NCBI GenBank assembly: GCA_028687915.1 | Contig: JAQTZF010000001.1 | Span: 354,634 to 418,633 of the forward strand | Length of the DNA stretch: 64,000 bases | Reading direction: 5' to 3' | From: Candidatus Daviesbacteria bacterium | Lineage (GTDB): Bacteria > Patescibacteriota > Microgenomatia > Daviesbacterales > UBA10151 | Shown here: in pieces, positions 48,229 through 57,460 of the stretch | Layout: the number at the start of each line of letters is the position of its first letter | Numbering within the stretch: the first letter of the stretch is position 1 | Notes under the pieces: generated by a model | The model's database searches: none | What the model saw: only the letters and a program-made list of their open reading frames with translations | Told to the model about the DNA's origin: nothing | Program-made: the position numbers and the translations under genes

Positions 48229-48762
48229 ATGAATGAAGATCATGGTTTGATTATTGTATATACAGGAGAAGGAAAAGGGAAAACCACTGCAGCACTTGGT
48301 ATAGTTTTGCGTTCTTTAGGATATGGAAAAAGAGTTTTAATTGTTCAATTTGGAAAGTCTGCCTTTAGTGGTGAGGTTAAAGCTTTAGAGCAATTTGGTG
48401 ATCAAGTAAAATTAATCCAGGGTGGCAAAGGGTTTGTAGGTATTTTGGGGGATAAAAAACTAATTTCAGAACATAAACAAGCAGCAATTGAGTCTTTTGA
48501 GTTATTAAAAAAAGAAATTATGTCTGAAAAGTGGGACCTGGTTATGGCGGACGAGATTATTGGAGCAGTTTCTGGTAATATACTAGATATTAAGTTGGTT
48601 TTAGACCTACTTGATCAAAAACCAGAGTTTGTTGATTTAATTCTGACAGGTAGGGGAGCAAGTCAGGAAATCATCGAAAAAGCGGATTTGGTTTCAGAGA
48701 TAAAATCAATTAAGCATCCATTTGATAAAGGAATTAAGGCTAAGAGGGGTATAGATTTTTAA
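48229..48762 (+). CDS. cobO: Cob(I)alamin adenosyltransferase (CobA/CobO/BtuR type)
   Basis: P-loop 'YTGEGKGKTTAALG' and the size typical of BtuR/CobO. Confidence 0.8.
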   Translation: MNEDHGLIIVYTGEGKGKTTAALGIVLRSLGYGKRVLIVQFGKSAFSGEVKALEQFGDQVKLIQGGKGFVGILGDKKLISEHKQAAIESFELLKKEIMSEKWDLVMADEIIGAVSGNILDIKLVLDLLDQKPEFVDLILTGRGASQEIIEKADLVSEIKSIKHPFDKGIKAKRGIDF

Positions 48763-48814
48763 AATTGACCCCTTGCCAAAAATAAGAACCTTTCGCTTTG
48801 CTCAAGAACCTTGC

Positions 48815-48865
48815 GATTGTCAAGGGTATTGACAATCTTTAGCACTCGTGGTACATTACTGCTAA
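48815..48865 (+). promoter_or_regulatory. lon promoter TTGACA(48829)-17-TACATT(48852), overlapped by a perfect 9-bp inverted repeat GATTGTCAA-N5-TTGACAATC (48815-48837) and a CIRCE-like element TTAGCACTC-N9-TACTGCTAA (48839-48865)
   Basis: Read directly. The CIRCE consensus is TTAGCACTC-N9-GAGTGCTAA: the left half matches 9/9 and the right half 7/9. Confidence 0.5.
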
Positions 48866-48889
48866 TTCTAAGTTAATTAGAAAAAAATA

Positions 48890-51310
48890 ATGATTACAGA
48901 TTATTCAACATCACCTATAAAACTACCAGAAAGATTACCTATTGGACCTTTACGAGATACTGTAATGTTTCCTGAAACTACCTTACCAATTGTGTCTGGC
49001 AGATCTAAGTCAAAAGCTGCTTTGGATCAAGCCTGGGCAACAGATAGATTGGTAGTATTCGTTACTCAAAAAAATAGTAAAATTGAAGACCCAGAAGCAA
49101 AAGACTTATTTCAAGTTGGTACAGTTTGTTTGCTTAAGCGCATGATTAAGAACCCAGAAGGAGACTATACTGTCTCTGCTGAAGGGTTAACAAGAGTTTT
49201 CATAAAGAAAATTGCCCAAGCCGGCTCATATTTAGAAGCAGAAGTTGAAGAGATTCCTCAATTATTTGAAAAGAACGAAGAAACTGAAGCTTTAGTCAGA
49301 ACTGTTCGTGAACAATTTAAAAAATATATTGAACTTGGAGGAAATCCAATGTTTGATCCTTCTGCTATACCTACCTGGACTGCAAATTGGGCAGTTATTA
49401 TTCAAAATGATGATCCAAACCTTTTGGTTAACTCGATTGCTCAGGCAATTGATTTTAAAGTAATTGATAAACAACAACTATTGGAGATGGTTTCAGCCAC
49501 AGATAGATTACAACGACTCTCTGAATTACTTGCCAAAGAAGTAAAAATCTTAGAGATCTCACAAAACATTTCATCTAAAACTCAGGAAAGAGTTTCTAAG
49601 ATGACCCGTGAGGCAATTTTACGAGAGCAAATGAAGAGTATTGAAGAAGAACTTGGTTCCAATGAAGAAAATCAAGAAATCCGTGAATTTGAATTAAAGA
49701 TCAAAAAGTCTGGTATGCCAAAAGAGGTTCGGGAGAAAGCTATTAAAGAATTAGCTGGTTTAGCTAAAATGTCTTCCTTAAATCCGGAAGCTTCATATAA
49801 AAGAAACTATTTGGAATGGTTAACAGATTTACCCTGGAAAGTTACAGATGGTAAAAAAGTTGATCTTAAAAAAGCAGAAGGTGTTTTGGATGAAGATCAT
49901 TATGGGTTGAAAAAAGTTAAAGAAAGAATTTTAGAATATTTAGCTGTTCATAAGTTGTCTGGTAAAGTTAAAGGTCCAATTCTTTGTTTTGCAGGTCCTC
50001 CAGGAACCGGTAAAACCTCTATTGGTAAATCAATTGCCCGTGCTTTAGGCCGTAAATTTGTAAAAGTTTCTTTGGGAGGAATTAGAGATGAAGCTGAAAT
50101 TAGAGGACACAGAAGAACTTATGTAGGATCTATGCCAGGAAGAATTATACAAGCTGTTAAACAAGCGGGTACCACAAATCCTGTATTTATGCTGGATGAG
50201 ATAGATAAAATTGGGGCAGATTACCGTGGTGATCCTTCAGCTGCTTTGCTTGAGGCACTTGATCCAGAACAAAATGATGCCTTCTCTGATCATTATTTAG
50301 AAGTACCATTTGATTTGTCTAATGTTATGTTTATTACTACAGCCAATATGTTGGATACTATTCCACCAGCTCTTCGGGATAGGTTAGAAATTATCAGATA
50401 TCCTGGATATACTACGGAAGAAAAATTCCACATTGCTACTAAATTTTTAATTCCTAAGCAGATTGAAAATCATGGTTTAAAAAATAAGCAGATTGATTTT
50501 AACCAGGATGCAATTCGAAATATTATTGAAAATTATACAAGAGAAGCTGGAGTTAGAAGTTTAGAAAGAGAAATCTCATCAGTTATTAGAAAAATTGCTC
50601 GAAAAATTGCAGAAGGCGATAAAGGAAAGAAATTTGTAATTGATTCTGATCAGATTGTTAAATTACTTGGTCCAGCCAAATTTACACCACAGTTAGCTGA
50701 GGTAGAAGATTCAGTTGGTACAAGTACTGGTATGGCATGGACAGAAGCAGGAGGGGATATATTATTTAACGAGGTAACTATAATGCCTGGAAGAGGACAA
50801 CTACTTTTAACCGGACAATTGGGTGACGTAATGAAAGAATCTGCTCAAGCTGCTATGTCATATGTAAGGTCTCATTGGAAAGAATTAGGGTTAGCAGAAA
50901 AGTTTTATCATAAGATTGATATTCATGTTCATGTACCAGAGGGAGCTGTGCCAAAAGACGGACCATCTGCTGGAATTGCTTTAACTACAGCAATAATTTC
51001 TGCTTTAACAAAAATCCCAGTTCATAAAGATGTATCAATGACAGGGGAAGTAACTTTAAGAGGAAGAGTACTTGAAATTGGTGGATTAAAGGAAAAAGTA
51101 TTAGCAGCACACAGAGCAGGAGTAAAAACAATTATTGCTCCAGATGGTAATAAAAAAGATTTGGAAGATATTCCTGAAAATGTTCAAAAAGACTTAAAGT
51201 TTGTTTTTGTTAAATGCATGGATGATGTATTGGAGGTTGCTTTAACCAGACTTCCAACGCCGGTATCTTTTAAAATTCCCGTAAAAACTGTTTATCCTGC
51301 AGTAGCTTAA
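48890..51310 (+). CDS. lon: ATP-dependent Lon protease
   Basis: LON N-domain, AAA+ 'GPPGTGKTS', Walker B 'FMLDEIDK', proteolytic 'DGPSAGIA' (Ser) and 'K'. Confidence 0.9.
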   Translation: MITDYSTSPIKLPERLPIGPLRDTVMFPETTLPIVSGRSKSKAALDQAWATDRLVVFVTQKNSKIEDPEAKDLFQVGTVCLLKRMIKNPEGDYTVSAEGLTRVFIKKIAQAGSYLEAEVEEIPQLFEKNEETEALVRTVREQFKKYIELGGNPMFDPSAIPTWTANWAVIIQNDDPNLLVNSIAQAIDFKVIDKQQLLEMVSATDRLQRLSELLAKEVKILEISQNISSKTQERVSKMTREAILREQMKSIEEELGSNEENQEIREFELKIKKSGMPKEVREKAIKELAGLAKMSSLNPEASYKRNYLEWLTDLPWKVTDGKKVDLKKAEGVLDEDHYGLKKVKERILEYLAVHKLSGKVKGPILCFAGPPGTGKTSIGKSIARALGRKFVKVSLGGIRDEAEIRGHRRTYVGSMPGRIIQAVKQAGTTNPVFMLDEIDKIGADYRGDPSAALLEALDPEQNDAFSDHYLEVPFDLSNVMFITTANMLDTIPPALRDRLEIIRYPGYTTEEKFHIATKFLIPKQIENHGLKNKQIDFNQDAIRNIIENYTREAGVRSLEREISSVIRKIARKIAEGDKGKKFVIDSDQIVKLLGPAKFTPQLAEVEDSVGTSTGMAWTEAGGDILFNEVTIMPGRGQLLLTGQLGDVMKESAQAAMSYVRSHWKELGLAEKFYHKIDIHVHVPEGAVPKDGPSAGIALTTAIISALTKIPVHKDVSMTGEVTLRGRVLEIGGLKEKVLAAHRAGVKTIIAPDGNKKDLEDIPENVQKDLKFVFVKCMDDVLEVALTRLPTPVSFKIPVKTVYPAVA

Positions 51311-51355
51311 CTCTAACTAGTTGCAACTTAAGAATTAGGTTACTACAATGCAGCC

Positions 51356-52705
51356 ATGGAAACCCCTGTTGATTACTCTAAAATTATAGAGCGTTTAGAT
51401 ATAAGTATTGATCCTAAGTTTGCAGACGAGGATTTAAAGGTGGGCTTGCGATACTCAACTTTATCCCGATGGATTAAAGATAATGAGATCTACGGGGAAG
51501 CATTAAATTATCTGCCAATACTTAGATTATCTGATGTTAAATCTTTGAGTTTACTTACAGCTGTGGATTCTTTTATTCCTTCGCGTCGCATTACGAGTTT
51601 TGGTCATACTCGTTATGCGCATAGTTTAGAGGTTGCTTTAGTAAGTGAAGAAATTTTGAAACGAAGCGATTTACCTAAGGCTGAAGTTAAAAAGGGGATA
51701 GTTGCGGGTTTAATTCATGATATTGCTACACCTGCACTAGGAAATCCTGTTATGGATATTGACCCTGTAAACTTAAACGAGGAAGACCATTGGCTTGAGG
51801 TTGTAGATAATGAAAGAGGTAATAGCTTTTTTAATAGGCATAAATTAGCAAAAAGTGAACTGGATGCGATCATTCATAATAAGGGTCATTTAGGGAAAGT
51901 TTTAGATATTGCTGACCGTATTGTTTATGTAGGTGATGATGCACATGCTTTATTTGGGCAAGTTAAATACTATCAGGAGTCTAGGGAGGTCGATAAACAT
52001 TTAGAGGGAATTTATATGCTTTTGCGGGAAGATCCAGAAGTTTGTGATGTTTATCAAGATGTTTGTGTCAATCTAGAAAAAGGCGAGGTGTCTTTTCAAG
52101 ATCCCGAAAGGCTTTACCGTTTTTTAAAACTACGTGCTTTGCTTACAAAAAAGATTTATCAACACCCTTTAAATCAAGCGCGCGACAGACTTGCATCTAT
52201 TCTTATTACTCCATTTTATACTGCTGAAAGAAATGCCTCTTCAGACAAATTAACACCAGCCAGGCTCAGGAGGATGACTGATAATGATCTAATAGCCTAT
52301 CTAAATAAAGTGTATATGGGTAGCATCAACTATCTATTAAATGATGTTTCTTTTTCATTTGTTGATACTAGTTTATGGCCAGCAAGGTTCCAAGAATTTA
52401 CATCTTTAAAAGATGCTGGAAAGTTTATGAATGAAGTTCACCAACAAAAGAATTTAGTTGCTTTAGGAGATATAAAGGTTGTTAATGGTTTTAATACAGC
52501 TACATCTTATTTGGTAAAAGAAGGTGCTGGAAAGACTAGACCTTATTTTTTGGTTGACCCTCAGGGGGCAGAGGAGATAGGAGAAATAGAAAAGTCTAGT
52601 CATGGAATTTATGTTTTATATGTTAATTTGGAAGAACATTCACCAATTAATGAGATATTAAAAAGAAAAAGAGAGATGTTTGGAGGCTATCCTAATTTAA
52701 TTTGA
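51356..52705 (+). CDS. HD-domain phosphohydrolase, 449 aa
   Basis: 'RYAHSLEVA' ... 'GLIHDIATPALG' His/HD motifs. Confidence 0.6.
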   Translation: METPVDYSKIIERLDISIDPKFADEDLKVGLRYSTLSRWIKDNEIYGEALNYLPILRLSDVKSLSLLTAVDSFIPSRRITSFGHTRYAHSLEVALVSEEILKRSDLPKAEVKKGIVAGLIHDIATPALGNPVMDIDPVNLNEEDHWLEVVDNERGNSFFNRHKLAKSELDAIIHNKGHLGKVLDIADRIVYVGDDAHALFGQVKYYQESREVDKHLEGIYMLLREDPEVCDVYQDVCVNLEKGEVSFQDPERLYRFLKLRALLTKKIYQHPLNQARDRLASILITPFYTAERNASSDKLTPARLRRMTDNDLIAYLNKVYMGSINYLLNDVSFSFVDTSLWPARFQEFTSLKDAGKFMNEVHQQKNLVALGDIKVVNGFNTATSYLVKEGAGKTRPYFLVDPQGAEEIGEIEKSSHGIYVLYVNLEEHSPINEILKRKREMFGGYPNLI

Positions 52706-52745
52706 TCCTTGACTAATTAGCCTCACCCATAGTAAATTAAGGGTC

Positions 52746-54749
52746 ATGGATCTGATTTTAAACAATATGAACCTGCTTATTTGGGGCTGTTCTGGCGCCG
52801 CTTTACTTTATGGATTAATTTTAAGTATTTGGATTTTAAAACTTCCGGATGGTGACGAGAAGATGAAAGAGATCGCTTCAGCCATTCAAGAAGGTGCAGC
52901 AGCATATTTAATGAAACAATACACAACTGTTTCAATAGTGGCTGTTGTTATAACTGCTGCAATTTACTTTTTCTTGGGACTTCCTTCTGCAATTGGTTTT
53001 CTTATTGGGGCAATTTTTTCAGCATTGGCTGGATATATTGGTATGAATGTGGCTGTTCGAGCAAACATCAGATGTGCAGAAGCTGCAAAATCTGGTTTAT
53101 CTCAAGCCTTTGATGTAGCTTACAAAGGTGGAGCAGTAACTGGATTTTTAGTAGTAGGACTTGCTTTGGCTGCAGTATATGGTTTTTATCAAAACACCGG
53201 AGACCTTAAAGCATTAATTTCACTTGGTTTTGGAGGATCTCTAATTTCTGTTTTTGCTAGGTTAGGTGGAGGAATTTTCACTAAAGGAGCAGATGTTGGA
53301 ACTGACATGGTTGGTAAAATCGAAGCTGGAATTCCAGAGGATGATCCTCGAAATCCAGGCGTTATTGCTGATTTAGTTGGTGATAATGTTGGAGATGATG
53401 CTGGTATGGCAGCAGATATTTTTGAAACATATGTTGTTACAGCTATTGCAGCACTTCTTCTGGGAGATTTATTAATTCCAGGATTTCAAAATGCTATTTA
53501 TTTCCCACTCGCAATTTTATCAGTTGCTATTTTAACCTCAATTATTGGTAGTTTGTTTGTTAAATTAAGTGGTAAAAGAATTATGGGTGCTTTATATCAG
53601 GGATTAATTGTGACTGTTGTTTTATCTATTATTGCTTTTTACCCAATTACTACTATATTAATGGCTGATAATGGTTTGTACTCTACTCTTAATTTGTACC
53701 TTGCTTCTTTAGTTGGGATCTTAGTTACTGCTGGAATGTTTGTGATTGTTGAATATTACACTGGAACCAAATATAGTCCAGTTAAACTTTTAGCAGCAGC
53801 TTCTGGCACAGGACATGGTACAAATGTAATTGCTGGTTTAGCTTTATCTATGAAATCTACATTTGCTCCAATATTATTAATTTCAATCGCAATCTTCTTA
53901 AGTTATGGATTAGCCGGACTTTATGGTATTGCTGTTGCAGCAGTTGCTATGTTGTCTATGGCAGGTATTGTGGTTGCAATAGATGCTTTTGGTCCTATTA
54001 CTGATAATGCTGGAGGGATTGCAGAAATGGCAGGTCTTCCAGAAAAAGTTAGAAATAACACAGATCCTTTAGATGCTGTTGGAAATACCACCAAAGCTGT
54101 TACCAAAGGATACGCTATTGCTTCAGCAGGACTCGCAGCATTAGTTTTGTTCTCTTCTTATGCACAAGAATTTGCAAACCTTGGAAATAATTTAACTTTC
54201 GCACTAGATGATCCTAGAGTAGTAATAGGTTTGTTTATTGGTGGAGCAATGCCATATCTTTTTGGTTCACTTGCAATGGAAGCAGTAGGAGTTGCAGGTG
54301 GGGCAGTGGTCACAGAAGTCAGACGTCAATTTAAATCCATTAAGGGAATAATGGAAGGTAAAGCAAAGCCGGATTATGCAGCCTGTGTCTCAATTGTGAC
54401 AGCAACAGCTCAAAAACAAATGATTGTTCCAGCCTTAATTCCGGTACTAGCTCCATTTATAATTGGTAAACTCTTAGGACCAGTTGCTTTGGGAGGATTC
54501 TTGATGGGAACTATTATTACAGGATTATTTGTGGCTCTTTCTATGACCACAGGAGGTGCTGCTTGGGATAATGCTAAAAAGTATATTGAATTAGGTAATC
54601 TAGGTGGTAAAGGTTCTCCGGCCCATCAAGCAGCAGTTACAGGAGATACTGTAGGTGATCCTTATAAAGATACAGCAGGACCAGCTATTAACCCAATGAT
54701 TAAAGTTGCAAATATTGTAGCTCTTCTGCTTGTGCCTTTCTTAATGTAG
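52746..54749 (+). CDS. hppA: Membrane-bound proton/sodium-translocating pyrophosphatase
   Basis: '[18 protein letters not shown]', 'DNVGDNVGD', 'DTxGDPYKD' signature motifs, about 16 TM segments. Confidence 0.9.
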   Translation: MDLILNNMNLLIWGCSGAALLYGLILSIWILKLPDGDEKMKEIASAIQEGAAAYLMKQYTTVSIVAVVITAAIYFFLGLPSAIGFLIGAIFSALAGYIGMNVAVRANIRCAEAAKSGLSQAFDVAYKGGAVTGFLVVGLALAAVYGFYQNTGDLKALISLGFGGSLISVFARLGGGIFTKGADVGTDMVGKIEAGIPEDDPRNPGVIADLVGDNVGDDAGMAADIFETYVVTAIAALLLGDLLIPGFQNAIYFPLAILSVAILTSIIGSLFVKLSGKRIMGALYQGLIVTVVLSIIAFYPITTILMADNGLYSTLNLYLASLVGILVTAGMFVIVEYYTGTKYSPVKLLAAASGTGHGTNVIAGLALSMKSTFAPILLISIAIFLSYGLAGLYGIAVAAVAMLSMAGIVVAIDAFGPITDNAGGIAEMAGLPEKVRNNTDPLDAVGNTTKAVTKGYAIASAGLAALVLFSSYAQEFANLGNNLTFALDDPRVVIGLFIGGAMPYLFGSLAMEAVGVAGGAVVTEVRRQFKSIKGIMEGKAKPDYAACVSIVTATAQKQMIVPALIPVLAPFIIGKLLGPVALGGFLMGTIITGLFVALSMTTGGAAWDNAKKYIELGNLGGKGSPAHQAAVTGDTVGDPYKDTAGPAINPMIKVANIVALLLVPFLM

Positions 54750-54754
54750 TTTTT

Positions 54755-55057
54755 ATGGAGATTTATAAACCTCTAGATGAGCCTTGCGATTTATGCAAGA
54801 ATTGGCGTCCAGTTACGGAAGTGTGCCCAGGTATTGTTGATCGAATTCCAGATATAACAGGGCATATGTGTTCCCAGAATATATTAAATAGGCAGTTTTG
54901 TAGTTGGAGTATTATTTCACGTTTTGAACCTTTAGAGGAAATAACATTTGAGCAACTTAAAGGTCATTTAACAGATGATGTAATTGAAGGTGTCAAGAAG
55001 GGTATTACTGAAAACAGACGCATTAACAATCCTCTCAAAGTTATATTTGGGCAATAA
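54755..55057 (+). CDS. Hypothetical Cys-rich small protein (CxxC ... C ... C ... C)
   Basis: 'CDLCKNW', 'CPG', 'HMCSQ', 'FCSW'. Possible metal-binding. Confidence 0.4.
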   Translation: MEIYKPLDEPCDLCKNWRPVTEVCPGIVDRIPDITGHMCSQNILNRQFCSWSIISRFEPLEEITFEQLKGHLTDDVIEGVKKGITENRRINNPLKVIFGQ

Positions 55058-55072
55058 TAAGTTCTCTATTCT

Positions 55073-55459
55073 TTAATTTGCTTGGGGTTTGCGTGCTAAG
55101 ATATTTTTAACTTCCTGAGCTATTTGATCCGGGGTGTATGAAGCCTTAATAAAATACCCTTGTGCACCTAATGTAAAAGCCTCTTTTATAACTTCATCTT
55201 GTCCTAAGTTGGTAAGCAATATTACCAATATGTCTTTTGTTTCAGGAGATTGTTTTAATTGTTTAAGGATCTCTAGTCCATTCAAATCGGGCAACATTAC
55301 GTCAAGCAGGATAATATCGTATTTTGTATGTTTGGTAGATTCTATACCGTCTTTACCATTGCCAAAGCCTACCACAGAAATACCAGATTTTTCCAACTGT
55401 CTTTTATAGATATCACGGATGAATTGTTCGTCCTCAATAATAAGTGCTTTTGGTTGCAT
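55073..55459 (-). CDS. Single-domain response regulator (CheY-like receiver)
   Basis: 'IIEDEQF', phospho-acceptor 'ILLDVMLPDLNG', 'K' in 'YFIKA'. Confidence 0.8.
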   Translation of the reverse strand: MQPKALIIEDEQFIRDIYKRQLEKSGISVVGFGNGKDGIESTKHTKYDIILLDVMLPDLNGLEILKQLKQSPETKDILVILLTNLGQDEVIKEAFTLGAQGYFIKASYTPDQIAQEVKNILARKPQAN

Positions 55460-55461
55460 AA

Positions 55462-55869
55462 TTAATCCAAGTCTAACTCTTTAAGATCCATTTGAAAAGA
55501 TGGATCTTCTAGGAATGGTTTAATTTTTTCAATTAATTGATATGGTGTCATACTCATTTTTAGTAAGTATCCTTGTGCCCCAAGATCAAAAGCTTGTTTA
55601 ACTACATCTTTTTGACCTAAATTAGTTACCAAAATTATGGGAATATTTTTAGTATCAGGATTTTCTTTTAACTTTTTTAAAACTTTAATACCATCAAGTT
55701 TTGGTAACATTATATCCAGCAATATTAAATTAAATGATTTATCAGCCAGGCGTACTCCTTCTTCTCCATCTGAGGCCAAAATCACTTCGAAATCATTATC
55801 TTTTAATATCTTCATATATAGTTGATTAATAAAGTAATCGTCTTCAATTAACAGGATTTTTTTATTCAT
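55462..55869 (-). CDS. Single-domain response regulator (receiver)
   Basis: 'LLIEDDYF', 'LILLDIMLPKLDG'. Start set at the ATG (MNKKILLIED); the track start at 55953 overlaps the kinase. Confidence 0.75.
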   Translation of the reverse strand: MNKKILLIEDDYFINQLYMKILKDNDFEVILASDGEEGVRLADKSFNLILLDIMLPKLDGIKVLKKLKENPDTKNIPIILVTNLGQKDVVKQAFDLGAQGYLLKMSMTPYQLIEKIKPFLEDPSFQMDLKELDLD

Positions 55870-55873
55870 AGTT

Positions 55874-57058
55874 TTAATTAGAAGGTTCGATTGGAAGTGA
55901 AAAGCTGAATGTTGATCCTTTTCCGGCTTCTGAATCAACCCATATTTTTCCATGATGCATTAAAGTAATTTCTTTAGAGATATATAACCCAAGTCCGGTA
56001 CCTTTAGATCCTTGTTCCAGTTTGCCGGAGACCCGGAAAAACTTGGTAAATAAATGTGGGATAGCTTCTTTGGGTATACCTTCACCTGTATCAGCAACAC
56101 TGGTAATAACTGAATCTTTATCAGGTGATAACTTTATAGAAACCTTAATTTTTCCTCCTGGTGGAGTATAAGCAATGGCATTAGAAAGTAAATTAGAAAT
56201 AACCTCAACTATTCTTAATTTATCAAGCATTAATTTAGGAATTGGAGATGTGGGTTTAATAAGAGTATATTCTAAGTTCTTTTCTTTGGCTCTTTCTGCA
56301 AATTGATCAAAAGTCTGCTTAACTATTTCTACCCAGTCTGTTGATACAGTGCTGACATTAAAAATTCCTCTTTCTATTTTTGAAACGTTTAGTAGGTTTT
56401 CAACTAAATCTAATAATTGTTCTGTTGAGATGCTAATTCTGGTTAAGAATGTATTTTGATCATCTGTAAATTTACCCTTATTTTCACTCATAAAAACTGA
56501 TAAATATCCTTTGATAGAAGTTAAGGGGGTACGAAGCTCATGAGCTGCCATTGAAACAAAATCTAACTTCATTGCTTCAAAACTTTTTAATTCTGTTATA
56601 TCGTGCAAGGTTATAATGCATCCCAAATCTGCTTTATCTCCACCTTTAATTTGATTTGAAATAAGGTTTACTACTCCTTGTTTATTTTTAAATGACATAA
56701 ATTTAACTTCATCTTTTTTAAATGTTGGAACGTCACTTGTCTTATCTGTTGTAATAAATTGAGTAAGTGGTATTTCAATATTATCCTGATACAATTTTAA
56801 GATTTGAGTAATTGATTGGTTTTGTACTTCCTGAAAAGTTGCGCCAGTTAATTTTTCTGCGGCAGGATTAAATAAAATAATTTTTCCATTAGAATCTAAA
56901 GCTATGACGGGGTCTGAAATTGCAGATAAAATTAATGCCAGCTTATTGCTGGTATCACATAGTTCTGCTTTTTCATTAGTTTGTTCTGCTGTTTTTTTAT
57001 CTGTAGCTGGAACAGTTTTTGAAGAGTTTTTAAAAAGTAATTTGCCAAAATTAAACAT
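55874..57058 (-). CDS. PAS-domain sensor histidine kinase
   Basis: H-box 'HELRTPLTSIKGY', N/G1/G2 boxes 'LLSNAIAYTPPGG', 'DTGEGIP', 'GLGLYISKE'. N-terminal PAS. Confidence 0.8.
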   Translation of the reverse strand: MFNFGKLLFKNSSKTVPATDKKTAEQTNEKAELCDTSNKLALILSAISDPVIALDSNGKIILFNPAAEKLTGATFQEVQNQSITQILKLYQDNIEIPLTQFITTDKTSDVPTFKKDEVKFMSFKNKQGVVNLISNQIKGGDKADLGCIITLHDITELKSFEAMKLDFVSMAAHELRTPLTSIKGYLSVFMSENKGKFTDDQNTFLTRISISTEQLLDLVENLLNVSKIERGIFNVSTVSTDWVEIVKQTFDQFAERAKEKNLEYTLIKPTSPIPKLMLDKLRIVEVISNLLSNAIAYTPPGGKIKVSIKLSPDKDSVITSVADTGEGIPKEAIPHLFTKFFRVSGKLEQGSKGTGLGLYISKEITLMHHGKIWVDSEAGKGSTFSFSLPIEPSN

Positions 57059-57088
57059 AAAGTATTTATTTATCTTAGCATAAGTATG

Positions 57089-57460
57089 CTATTTGTTAAT
57101 ATAGAGAGCTCCTTTTACATACTCTGCAATTTGTTCAGGAGTATGGTCTGGTTTAACAAGGTAGCCGCTTATATGTAATTTATATGCTTCCTCTATGACT
57201 TGATCGTCTGCACATTCAGTTAGAATTACCATTGGTGCTTTGTTATCCGGAAAATGATTTCTAATTGTTTTAATAAAATTTAACCCATGCATATCAGGCA
57301 ACATAATGTTTAATAAAATTAAGTTATAAGTATCTTCATTTAGTTTTTTTATTCCTTCAATTCCTCCTTTGGCGTGATGCACCTGAAAACCTTTTGATGA
57401 CAATGACTCTTCATATTTTCTGGCATCTTCCACATTATTTTCAATAATTAAAATCTTCAT
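57089..57460 (-). CDS. Atypical (pseudo-)receiver domain protein with Asn at the phospho-acceptor position
   Basis: 'NLILLNIMLPDMHG' has N where D is expected. The N-terminal acidic pair is degenerate ('IIENNVED'). Confidence 0.65.
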   Translation of the reverse strand: MKILIIENNVEDARKYEESLSSKGFQVHHAKGGIEGIKKLNEDTYNLILLNIMLPDMHGLNFIKTIRNHFPDNKAPMVILTECADDQVIEEAYKLHISGYLVKPDHTPEQIAEYVKGALYINK

